Below the pieces are notes generated by a model. It saw only the letters and a list, made by a program, of their open reading frames with translations. It did no database searches and was not told the DNA's origin. This document shows positions 46,601-54,482 of a stretch of DNA of 64,000 bases, in pieces (positions within the stretch are counted from its first letter, which is position 1; each line of letters begins with the position of its first letter). A program made the translations under genes and the position numbers. The DNA is from Lysobacterales bacterium (GTDB lineage Bacteria; Pseudomonadota; Gammaproteobacteria; Xanthomonadales; BPKI01): NCBI GenBank assembly GCA_033582715.1, contig JAVQZZ010000001.1, positions 206,716 through 270,715 on the forward strand. Direction: 5' to 3'.

Positions 46601-46943
46601 GATCGAGCCGGGCAAGCTCGCCGACCTCGCGGTGCTCGACGGCGACCCGCTCGCCGATCTGCGGAACAGTGCGCGGGTGCGCTGGGTGGTCAAGAACGGC
46701 CGTCTCTACGAGGCGGCGACGATGGCGGAACGGCTGACCGGCGAGCGGCCGCCGCCGGTCTTCTACTGGCAGCGGCATGGCGCGGCGGCGCTGCTCGGAC
46801 CCGGCCTGTTCCACGGCGGGCCGAGCGGCCTCTGCCACTGTCCGGCCGGGCGGCGGTCGCCGCGCCGCGGAGCGAGCCATGAGCCGCGTGCGGCGCGGGC
46901 AAGGAGCCCTCTGCTAAAGTGCCGGACGGTGCGTGCAGGCTGA
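43620..46943 (+). CDS. periplasmic TolB-like beta-propeller fused to an amidohydrolase domain (1107 aa); last ~60 aa atypical
   Basis: Signal peptide. Repeated SPDGR.. propeller signatures (FSPDGRFVAF, LSPDGRHLYF, PSPDGRWLAF, ISPDGRTAVF, FAPDGRSLLY, YSPDGRRILY, VSPDGRFVAF). Amidohydrolase motifs VIPGLIDVHAH and GKLADLAVLDGDPL. The tail ([15 protein letters not shown]...) may be frame drift. Confidence 0.8.
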   Translation: MSALPLLALLLLAQGEGKPAWNVNDPPGPKRTVRFTVEEGTWMNLDVSPDGRRIVFDLLGDLYLLPIEGGEAQPLLVEHAHAMHPRFSPDGRFVAFTSDRGGGDNLWILPVAGGEPRQVTREDYRLLANPVWTPDGEYLIGRKHFTSTRSLGAGEMWIYHRSGGSGLPLTSRKNDQQDVNEPALSPDGRHLYFSEDMSGGETFEYNKNPHGTIYVIRRLDRESGEIEDLIRIPGGAVRPQPSPDGRWLAFVRRVRERSVLSLFDLRSGEIRALWDGLSHDQQEAWAIHGVYPNYQWLPDASAIVIWARGGLWRVAVPEGRAERIPFRVTVEKTLIEPVRHRFRVERERFRARMLRDLAISPDGRTAVFHAVGRLWRMRLPDGRPERLTRREGEFEYQPAFAPDGRSLLYVSWSDAETSAIREVSLDGRRNRRLTAAPGFYAHPSYSPDGRRILYQRGRPHGLLDYRFGLESGIYVMEADGSAARRISRNGFAPQWHPRGDRVFFQTGQGLQRKLESVDLHGAERREHLALRYPTELAVSPDGRFVAFVEHFEVYVAALPETGRPVELGRESKAVPVARVSGDSGSAPVWSADGRRLHWLLGPRLYTRELRESFAFLEGAPQPLPEPGQTPYQEIVLELPVERPRGRLALRNGTILTLRGEERIERGTVLIEGDRIAAVGTGVEVPADARVLDLEGRTVIPGLIDVHAHASHFHRGISPQANWAYEANLAYGVTTLHDPSADTETVFSQAELVKAGLTVGPRIFSTGTILYGADGTIRAQVNSLEDARAHVRRLAEVGAISVKSYNQPRRDQRQMINQAARELGLNVVMEGGSTFMHNLTMLLDGPTGIEHNLPVAPLHEDVLALWSRTPVVNTPTLVVAYGGLMGELYFYDRDQVFAEERLLRFYPRELIDPRAIRRQTAPDWDYYHREVARAKRALAARGVRIAAGGHGQLQGLALHWELWLLAQGGFAPLEALRAATLHAAEYLGLAEDLGTIEPGKLADLAVLDGDPLADLRNSARVRWVVKNGRLYEAATMAERLTGERPPPVFYWQRHGAAALLGPGLFHGGPSGLCHCPAGRRSPRRGASHEPRAARARSPLLKCRTVRAG

Positions 46944-47846
46944 GACCCGGCTCGTGACCCTCTCCCTCGGCGACGGACGGCGCTGGTCCGCGGCGGCGGT
47001 CGCGATCGCGACCGTGGGCCTTGCCGCCCTGGCGCTGTGGCTCGGCTACCGGCTGCTGCTGCTCGCCTGGACCGGGATCGAGCTCGGGCGGCTGCAGCCG
47101 CCCCCCGCGCCCGCCGCCCTCGCCGAGGTCCCCGCCGGCCCGCCGCCGGCGCAGTCCCTCGCCGCCTGGCACCTCTTCGGCGACGCCCTGGGCGGCGGTG
47201 TGCACGCGGCGACTGGCCGGAGGCTCCCGAGACCTCCCTCGCCCTCGAGCTGCGCGGCGTGCTCGCCGAGGCCGACCCCCGGCAGGGCCTGGCGCTGATC
47301 GCCGAGCGCGGCGCGCCGGCGCGCCGCTATCGGGTCGGCGACCGGCTGCCCGGGGAGGCGGAGCTCGTCGCCGTCCATGCCGATCGCGTCCTGCTGCGCC
47401 GCGCGGGGGTGGAGGAGACGCTGCGCCTGCCGCGCGCGGCCGGCGGAGCGGCGCCGGGCGGCGGGCGCGGCGGGCGCGGCCGCCCGCCCGGGCGGTGGCG
47501 TCGACCGGTTTCGCGCCGGTGCTGCTGCCCGGGCGTCGAGCTGATGCCGGCGATCGAGGCGATGCGGCTCGAGCCGGAGACGCTGGCCCGCGAGGTGACG
47601 GTGCTGCCCGTCTTCGAGGGCGGCCGGCTGGCCGGGGTCCGTCTTTCGGGCGGGCGACAGGCGGAGCTGGTCCATCGCCTCGGCGTGCTGCCGACCGACG
47701 TCATCACCGCCGTCGACGGCGTCCCCCTCGACAGCCTCGAGCGCGGCCAGGAGATCCTCGAGCGGCTGCGCGGCGCGCGGCAGGCGACGGTGACCGTCCG
47801 TCGCGACGGCCGCGAGCAGAACCTCCACCTCAGGCTCGAGCGTTGA
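46933..47846 (+). CDS. gspC: type II secretion system protein C (GspC); frameshift ~47200
   Basis: TM anchor AAAVAIATVGLAALALWLGY, the AAWHLFG motif, LELRGVLA...YRVGDRLPG (HR domain), and a PDZ-like C-terminus (VFEGGRLAGVRL...VITAVDGVPL). Confidence 0.8.
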
Positions 47847-47850
47847 GCCC

Positions 47851-49764
47851 ATGCGCCTCATCACCGCGATCCTGCTCGCCCTGCTGCTCGCCCCGCGCGG
47901 CGCCGCTCGCCGCGCCCGGCGGCGGAGGGCCACACCCTCAACCTGCGCGGGGCCGACATCCACGCCCTGGTCGAGACGGTCGCGGAGATCACCGGCCGTG
48001 GCTTCATCGTCGATCCCGGGGTCGAGGGGCAGGTGACCGTGGTCTCGGCCCAGCCGATGAGCCGGGAGCAGGTCTGGGAGAGCTTCCTCGCGGTGCTGCG
48101 CGCGCATGGCTACGCCGTGGTCCCCGCCGGGCCGCTGTGGCGGGTGACCCCCGAGCCCAAGGCCCGCGCCGAGGGGCCGCCGCTCGCCGAGAGCGCGGAG
48201 GCCGATGCCATGGTCACGCGGGTGCTGGAGCTTCGCCATCTCGCCAGCGGCGAGGCGCTCAACCTGCTCCGGCCCCTGCTCTCGCCCAACGTCCAGCTCG
48301 CGGCGCATCCGGGCAGCAACGCGCTGGTGGTCACCGATCGCGCCGCGAGCGTGGCGCGGATCGAGCGCCTGCTGGCGCGCATCGACCAGGCCGCCGCCGA
48401 GGGCGGCGCCGAGGTGATGCCGCTCGCGCACGCCTCGGCCGGCGAGCTGGCGCGCATCCTCGGCGGGCTCTACGGCAACGAGGGCCTGAGGGCGGTGGCC
48501 GACGAGCGCGCCAACGCGCTGGTGCTCTCCGGCGAGCGCGCCGTGCGGCTGCGCGCGCGCAGCCTCGCCGCGCACCTCGACCTGCCGCCGCCGGAGGCGG
48601 CCGGCGGCACCGAGGTGCTGTTCCTGCGCTACGCCGAGGCCGAGGCGCTGGTGCCGCTGCTCGCCGAGCTCGCCAAGGGCTTCGCCCCGCCTGCCGCCGA
48701 GGGCGCGCGCGGGGTGAGCATCCAGGCCCACCGCGAGACCAACGCCCTGATCCTTAGCGCCCCGCCGGCGGTGCAGCAGGCGCTGCTCGCGATCGCCCGC
48801 CAGCTCGACGTGCGCCGCGCGCAGGTGCTGATCGAGGCGATCATCGTCGAGCTCGCGGACGAGGCGACCCGTGAGCTCGGCGTGCAGTGGCAGTCCACGG
48901 ACCTCCGCAACACCCCGGGCGGCGGCCTCGGCGAGGGCGTGATCGGCGGGACGAACTTCCCCGGGCCGGGCGGCGCGGGCGGGATCCTCGCCGCCGCGGT
49001 CAACCCGCTCTCGGTGGGCCCGGGGCTCAACGTCGGCTACGTGCGCGGCACGCTCAGGCTGCCCGGCTCTGACCGCGAGATCCTGCAGATCGGGGCGCTG
49101 ATCCGGGCGCTGGCCGCGGAAGGCCGGGCGAACATCCTCGCCACCCCCTCGGTGATGACCCTCGACCGCCACAAGGCGGTGTTCAAGGCCGGCCAGGAGG
49201 TGCCCTTCGTCACCGGGCAGTTCGTCAACACCGGCGGCGGCAGCAACCAGCCGCAGAACCCCTTCCAGACCATCGACCGGCGCGACGTCGGCATCACCCT
49301 CACCGTGACCCCCCACGTCAACGAGGGCGACATGGTGCGGCTGGACATCGCCCAGGAGGTCTCCTCGCTCGGCCAGCAGCCGGCGGGGGCGGTGGACCTG
49401 GTGACCAGCAAGCGCGAGCTCAGCACCAGCGTGATCGTGCGCGACGGGCGAGCTCCTGGTGCTCGGCGGCCTGATCAGCGAGCAGGTGCAGCGCAGCGTG
49501 CAGCGGGTGCCGGCGCTGGGCGACATCCCCGTGCTCGGCAACCTCTTCCGCTACCGCTCGGTCAAGACCGAGCGGCGCAACCTGATGGTGTTCCTGAGGC
49601 CCACCATCCTGCGCGACCCCGCCGCCGAGGCCGCGCTCTCGAGCGAGAAGTACAACCGCATCCGCGCCGAGCAGATCCGCGCCCGCGAAGGCGGCGGGGG
49701 CGGGCCGGAGCCGCTGCTCCCGGAGCTCCCCGCGCGGGCGTCGCCCGAGGACGGCGAGGGATGA
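47851..49764 (+). CDS. gspD: type II secretion system secretin GspD; frameshifts ~47900-47925 and ~49445
   Basis: LNLRGADIHALVETVAEITGRGFIVDP, N-domains, secretin core ILATPSVMTLDRHKAVFKAGQEVPFVTG, VTPHVNEGDMVRLDI, and VLGGLI...VPALGDIPVLGNLFRY (ORF 49459-49764). Confidence 0.9.
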
Positions 49765-51224
49765 GCGCGCCGCCGCGGCCGGGCTTCGCCTTCGCCAAGC
49801 GCCACGGGGCGACGCTCGCCGAATGGGCGGGCGAGCGGGCGCGGGTGATCTGCCGCAGCGACTGCTCGCCCCTGGCGCTGGTGGAGCTGCGGCGCTTTCT
49901 CGGCGTGCCCTTCGCGCTCGAGGAGCTGCGACCGGCCGATTACGAGCGCCGGCTGCGCGAGCTCTACGAGGGCGGGCGCGAGGCCGAGCTCGCCGCCCTC
50001 GAGCTCGACGGGGCAGGAAGCCTCGACGAGCTCGCGGGTGCGCTGCCGGAGCCCGAGGACCTGCTCGAGAGCGAGGACGACGCCCCGATCGTGCGCTTCA
50101 TCAACGCCCTGCTCGCCGAGGCGGTGCGCGCGGGGGCCTCCGACATCCACATCGAGCCCTTCGAGCAGCGCCTGCGGGTGCGCTTCCGGATCGACGGCGT
50201 GCTCGAGGAGGTGATCTCGCCCGCGCGGGCGGTCGCGGCGGCGGTGGTGTCGCGGATCAAGGTGCTCGCCAAGCTCGACATCGCCGAGAAGCGCCTGCCC
50301 CAGGACGGCCGCATCGCGATCAAGGTGGCGGGTCGGCCGGTGGACGTCCGCGTCTCCACCATCCCGGTCGGCCAGGGCGAGCGCGTGGTGCTGCGCCTGC
50401 TCGACAAGCAGGCCGGACGGCTCGAGCTCGCCGGGCTCGGCATGGATCCGGCGACGCTGGCGCGGCTCGACGCCCTGATCCACCGCCCGCACGGCATCCT
50501 GCTCGTCACCGGGCCCACCGGCAGCGGCAAGACCACGACGCTCTACGCCGCGCTGCAGCGGCTCAACGACGGCAGCCGCAACATCCTCACCGTCGAGGAC
50601 CCGGTCGAGTACGACCTCGACGGCATCGGCCAGACCCAGGTGAACCCGCGGGTGGACATGAGCTTCGCGCGCGGGCTGAGGGCGATCCTGCGCCAGGACC
50701 CCGACGTGGTGATGGTGGGCGAGATCCGCGATCTCGAGACCGCGCAGATCGCGGTGCAGGCCTCGCTCACCGGCCACCTCGTGCTCTCCACCCTGCACAC
50801 CAACTCGGCGGTGGGGGCGGTGACCCGTCTTCGCGACATGGGGGTGGAGACCTTCCTCCTCGCCGAGAGCCTGATCGGCGTGCTCGCCCAGCGGCTGGTG
50901 CGGCGGCTCGTGCCCGAGCAGCGCGAGGCCTATCGCGCGGGCCCGGCGGAGTGCGCCGCCTTCGGCGTTCCCGCGGAGCCGGCGCCGCTGCTCTACCGGC
51001 CGCGTCCGGACGCCCGTCCCGGCTACCGCGGCCGCACCGGCATCTACGAGCTGCTCGAGATCGACGAGGAGGCGCGCCGGCTGATCCACGACGGCGCGGC
51101 CGAGGCCGCGATCCTCGCCCAGCTCAGGCCCCGCTGCCCCTCGATCCTCGCCGACGGCTGGCAGAAGTGCCTCGCCGGAATCACCAGCGTCGAGGAGGTG
51201 CTGCGCGTCACCCGCGAGGACTAG
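49761..51224 (+). CDS. gspE: type II secretion ATPase GspE, intact
   Basis: APIVRFINALLAEAVRAGASDIHIEP, Walker A VTGPTGSGKTTTLYA, Asp box TVEDPVEY, Walker B DPDVVMVGEIRD, and His box GHLVLSTLHTN. ATGA overlap with gspD. Confidence 0.93.
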   Translation: MSAPPRPGFAFAKRHGATLAEWAGERARVICRSDCSPLALVELRRFLGVPFALEELRPADYERRLRELYEGGREAELAALELDGAGSLDELAGALPEPEDLLESEDDAPIVRFINALLAEAVRAGASDIHIEPFEQRLRVRFRIDGVLEEVISPARAVAAAVVSRIKVLAKLDIAEKRLPQDGRIAIKVAGRPVDVRVSTIPVGQGERVVLRLLDKQAGRLELAGLGMDPATLARLDALIHRPHGILLVTGPTGSGKTTTLYAALQRLNDGSRNILTVEDPVEYDLDGIGQTQVNPRVDMSFARGLRAILRQDPDVVMVGEIRDLETAQIAVQASLTGHLVLSTLHTNSAVGAVTRLRDMGVETFLLAESLIGVLAQRLVRRLVPEQREAYRAGPAECAAFGVPAEPAPLLYRPRPDARPGYRGRTGIYELLEIDEEARRLIHDGAAEAAILAQLRPRCPSILADGWQKCLAGITSVEEVLRVTRED

Positions 51225-51226
51225 CC

Positions 51227-51466
51227 GTGGCCTCCGGACCGTCCCTTCGCTTCCGCCTGATCCTCGCCTTCTACCTCGGCGGGCTGATGTCGCTGCTCAT
51301 GTCGGGGGTGATCACCCTGCTCAACCTCGGCCTCGTCGCCGACTTCGGCGCCCGCTGGCTTCGCGCCTGGCTCCCCGCCTGGGCGGTGGCGAGCCCGGTC
51401 GCCTTCCTCGTCGCCCCACTCGCCCAGCGGCTCGCCCGCGCCACCGAGGCCCTGCTCGGCCGCTGA
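51227..51466 (+). CDS. DUF2798-like small membrane protein, intact; GTG start
   Basis: Two TM helices: FRLILAFYLGGLMSLLMSGVITLLNLG and WLRAWLPAWAVASPVAFLVAPLAQRL. Confidence 0.55.
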   Translation: MASGPSLRFRLILAFYLGGLMSLLMSGVITLLNLGLVADFGARWLRAWLPAWAVASPVAFLVAPLAQRLARATEALLGR

Positions 51467-51483
51467 CGCCGAGGATCCCGCGC

Positions 51484-52422
51484 CTAGGGACCGGAGCCGC
51501 AGAAGCGATCGGGCGAAGGGCGCGCTGGGGCGGCGCTCCCGTCGCGGGGGAGCCGCCCGCGGCGCGAGCGGGGCGCGGGCGCGGCGGGCCTCAAGGGCGC
51601 GCGATGGAGCGCGAGGTCGGCGCGCCGGATCGTCGCCCCGGGCGGCCCGGAGCCGATCGCCTCGGGGGCCGCGCTCGCCCTCGCCCGGCGCGAGGCCGCG
51701 GCGGTGGCCGGCACCGGTGAGGGGTCGGTGCCGCCGGAGGCTCGCGACGCTCGCCGGGCACCGGCGATGCCGCGTGCGGCTGGCCGGGCACGGGGGCAGG
51801 CGTTCCGGCTCAGCCACGCGGAGCTCGGCAGGGCCAGTCCGAGGATCGCCATCCCTCCGGAGGCCCGGACTGGCGGAGGGGGGCGAGGCCGAAGGCGGCG
51901 CGGGCGCGATCCGCGGCCGGCGCGGCCCTGCGATTGGCGGTCGGGGATCGGCCGCGCGGCGGCGACCGCGGGGGCGAGTCGGCGGCCATGGCACGCCGCG
52001 ACCGTGCGCCGCTCGGCGGCGGCCGCGGCCCCCGGGCGCCACGGCGGGCCGGGCGAGGAGGAGGCCGACGACTGCCCGCAGGCCAGCCCCGTGACCCGAG
52101 GCGCGGCGCGGTCAGGAGGCGGCGGCGCGAGTGCGCGAGCGGCTCCGGGACTCCTCGACCATCGTCCCTCCCGGCGCGATCGGAGCTTGCCGCCGCCCGG
52201 GCGGCGCGCCGCGGGGAGCTCCCGCACCGAGGGTGGCCGGTGCTCCGATGCCACGCGGCGGCGCGCGGGGTGGCTGCGATCCGCAAGGCGCAGGCGCAGC
52301 GCGGCGAGCATCGCGGTCAAGGCCAGCCACAGCCAGGCCGGCAGCAGGCCGCGGGCTTCCGGGAACAGGAAGGGCACGGCGAGGGCGAGCAGCAGCGCGG
52401 TCTCGAGGGCGATGGCAAGCAC
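51484..52422 (-). CDS. doubtful ORF: only the first ~50 codons (two TM-like helices) look protein-like
   Basis: VLAIALETALLLALAVPFLFPEARGLLPAWLWLALTAMLAALRL, followed by ~260 aa of Arg/Pro/Ala-rich sequence with high GC at all codon positions. The true extent is unknown. Confidence 0.2.
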   Translation of the reverse strand: MLAIALETALLLALAVPFLFPEARGLLPAWLWLALTAMLAALRLRLADRSHPARRRVASEHRPPSVRELPAARRPGGGKLRSRREGRWSRSPGAARALAPPPPDRAAPRVTGLACGQSSASSSPGPPWRPGAAAAAERRTVAACHGRRLAPAVAAARPIPDRQSQGRAGRGSRPRRLRPRPPPPVRASGGMAILGLALPSSAWLSRNACPRARPAARGIAGARRASRASGGTDPSPVPATAAASRRARASAAPEAIGSGPPGATIRRADLALHRAPLRPAAPAPRSRRGRLPRDGSAAPARPSPDRFCGSGP

Positions 52423-52473
52423 GTCGGCGGGCTCGGGCGAGGATTGCGCCCCCGAGCCTGCCCCGCCCCGGTC

Positions 52474-54432
52474 TCAGGGAGCGCGACGCGCGGTCCCGCC
52501 GGCCGCGGCCACCAGGGGCGCGAGGGGGTCGGGCGGCTCGCCGAGGAAGCGTCGGAGCCGCTCCGCGAGCGGCTCGACCTCGCCGGGGGCGAGGACCTCG
52601 GCGATGAAGTCGGCGCCGCTTCGCCCGCGCGCCAGGGCCGCCATCACCTGCCGGGCCAGGCCCTCGGCCCAGAGGTAGCCGTAGTAGCCGGCCTCGTAGC
52701 CGCCGCCGAAGAGGTGCCCGAAGTGGCAGGGCAATCGATCCCAGGCCGGCACCGGCAGCAGGGCGGTGTCGGCGCGGATGCGCGCGAGCAGGGCCAGCGG
52801 ATCGGCGGCGGGATCGAGGTGCAGCTCGAGATCGAAGCGGGCGAGCTCGACCTGGCGCAGCAGCGACAGCGCGCGGTCGAGCCCGAGGCCGGCGAGCAGC
52901 CGCTCGGCGAGGCCGGCGTCCAGCGGCTCCTCGGCGCCGGCGCAGGCGCCGAGCGCCTCCGGGCTGCGCGCCAGGCTCTCGAGGAGCATGCTCGGCAGCT
53001 CCACCCCGTCGAAGGGGGCGCCGCCGGTGCCGGCGAGGCTGGGCCAGCCGCTGCGGTCGCAGGCCTCGTGGACCAGGTGGCCGAACTCGTGGAACAGGGT
53101 GAGCAGCTCCTCCGGCGCCAGCCGGGGCGCTCGGCCGGCGGTGCCCGGGAGGGCATCCGCGACCAGCGCGGCGAGCGCCGGCCGGTCGGCACGGCCGGGC
53201 CGCCAGGCCTCGGCCCACGCGCCATCCTGCTTGCCCGGCCGCGCCTCGAGGTCGAGGAGCACCAGCGCCAGCGTCGCCCCGTCGGCGCCGCGCAGCGCCC
53301 ACCACGAGGCCCCCTCGTAGGCCGGCAGCGCCGCGGGGGCGAGATCGAGTCCGAAGCGGTGGAGGAAGCGGGCGATCCCCGCCAGGGCGGTGTCAAGGGG
53401 AAAGCGGAAGCCCGGGGGATCGAGTCCGAGCGCCTCTCGCCGCAGGCGCGCGAGCACCCACTCGAGATCCCAGGGGGCGAGGTCGCCGAGCCCGAGCCGC
53501 CGCCGCGCGAAGTCCCGGAGTCGCTCGAGCTCGCGCTCGGCGAGGGGGCGGAGGGCCTGCCCGAGCTCGCGGAGGAAGCCGAGCGCGGTCTCCGGGCGTT
53601 CGGCCATGCGCTCCTCGAGGAAGACCTCGTGCGCCGGGCTCGGCTGCCCGAGCAGCGCCGCGCGCTCGGCCCGCAGCGCCAGGATCCGCCGCAGCCGCGG
53701 GCCGTTGTCGCAGTGCCGGGGATGCCCGAGCTCCGAGGCGCGCACCGCACGCGCCCGGTAGATCTCCTCGCGCAGTCCGCGGTCGGGGGAGCGCTCGAGG
53801 ACGAGCCGCGCCTCCGCGGCGCGAAGGCCGAGGCGCAGGCCGCCTTGGCCCGCGGCGCGGGCGGCGGCCTCGAGCGGCGCGCGCTCCTCCGGGGCGAGAT
53901 CGGGGAGGGCGGCGGCCTCGACCTCGAGGGCGAAGGCATCCTCGGCCTCGGTCACCGCGTACTCGTACTCCGCCTCGAGCCGGGCGAGCTCGCGGTCGAT
54001 GGCGAGCAGCCGGGCGCGGTCGGCCTCCGGCAGCCCGGCGCCGGCGGCGCGCAGCGCCCGCGCCCAGCGCTCCGCCACCGCGCGCTCGGCCGCGCCGAGC
54101 TCCTCCTCCGCGAGCACCCGCGCCACCGCCGCGAGCAGCCGGGGATCGCGCCCCTCCGCCGCGAGCTGCGCCGTGCGCTCGTCGAGCAGGCGGTCGTGGA
54201 GGGCCCGGAGGCCGGCGTCGCAGCGCACCCGGTTGAGGTGGGCGAGGGGCGCGAAGCGCTCCTCGAGCCGCGCCTCGCTCGCCTCGAGCGCTCCGATCAG
54301 GGCGTGGAAGCGGGGCCGGCCCGCGGCGAGCGCCGCCTCGCGGTCGACGGCGCGCCGCGCGAGCTCGGCCCGCACCGCGAGCGCCGCGGCGGCAGGGTCG
54401 AAGCGCTGCAGATCCGGGATCGGGACGCTCAT
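52474..54432 (-). CDS. M3-family zinc metallopeptidase (oligopeptidase A / dipeptidyl carboxypeptidase-like), intact 652 aa
   Basis: The HExxH motif FHEFGHLVHE, a downstream E (GVELPS), and GGGYEAGYYGYLWAE typical of M3 peptidases. Confidence 0.85.
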   Translation of the reverse strand: MSVPIPDLQRFDPAAAALAVRAELARRAVDREAALAAGRPRFHALIGALEASEARLEERFAPLAHLNRVRCDAGLRALHDRLLDERTAQLAAEGRDPRLLAAVARVLAEEELGAAERAVAERWARALRAAGAGLPEADRARLLAIDRELARLEAEYEYAVTEAEDAFALEVEAAALPDLAPEERAPLEAAARAAGQGGLRLGLRAAEARLVLERSPDRGLREEIYRARAVRASELGHPRHCDNGPRLRRILALRAERAALLGQPSPAHEVFLEERMAERPETALGFLRELGQALRPLAERELERLRDFARRRLGLGDLAPWDLEWVLARLRREALGLDPPGFRFPLDTALAGIARFLHRFGLDLAPAALPAYEGASWWALRGADGATLALVLLDLEARPGKQDGAWAEAWRPGRADRPALAALVADALPGTAGRAPRLAPEELLTLFHEFGHLVHEACDRSGWPSLAGTGGAPFDGVELPSMLLESLARSPEALGACAGAEEPLDAGLAERLLAGLGLDRALSLLRQVELARFDLELHLDPAADPLALLARIRADTALLPVPAWDRLPCHFGHLFGGGYEAGYYGYLWAEGLARQVMAALARGRSGADFIAEVLAPGEVEPLAERLRRFLGEPPDPLAPLVAAAGGTARRAP

Positions 54433-54482
54433 GCCTTCGCCTCCGGGCGGGCCTAAGATGCCGGAAGCGGGAGGGAGGAGCC

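Noticed and set aside
43581-46880. 1099-aa minus-strand ORF antisense to the propeller/amidohydrolase gene
   Set aside because: It is a mirror frame that shares third-codon positions with the real plus-strand gene. The translation is low-complexity (Arg/Glu/Gly/Pro/Leu-rich, many charged runs) with no recognisable motifs.
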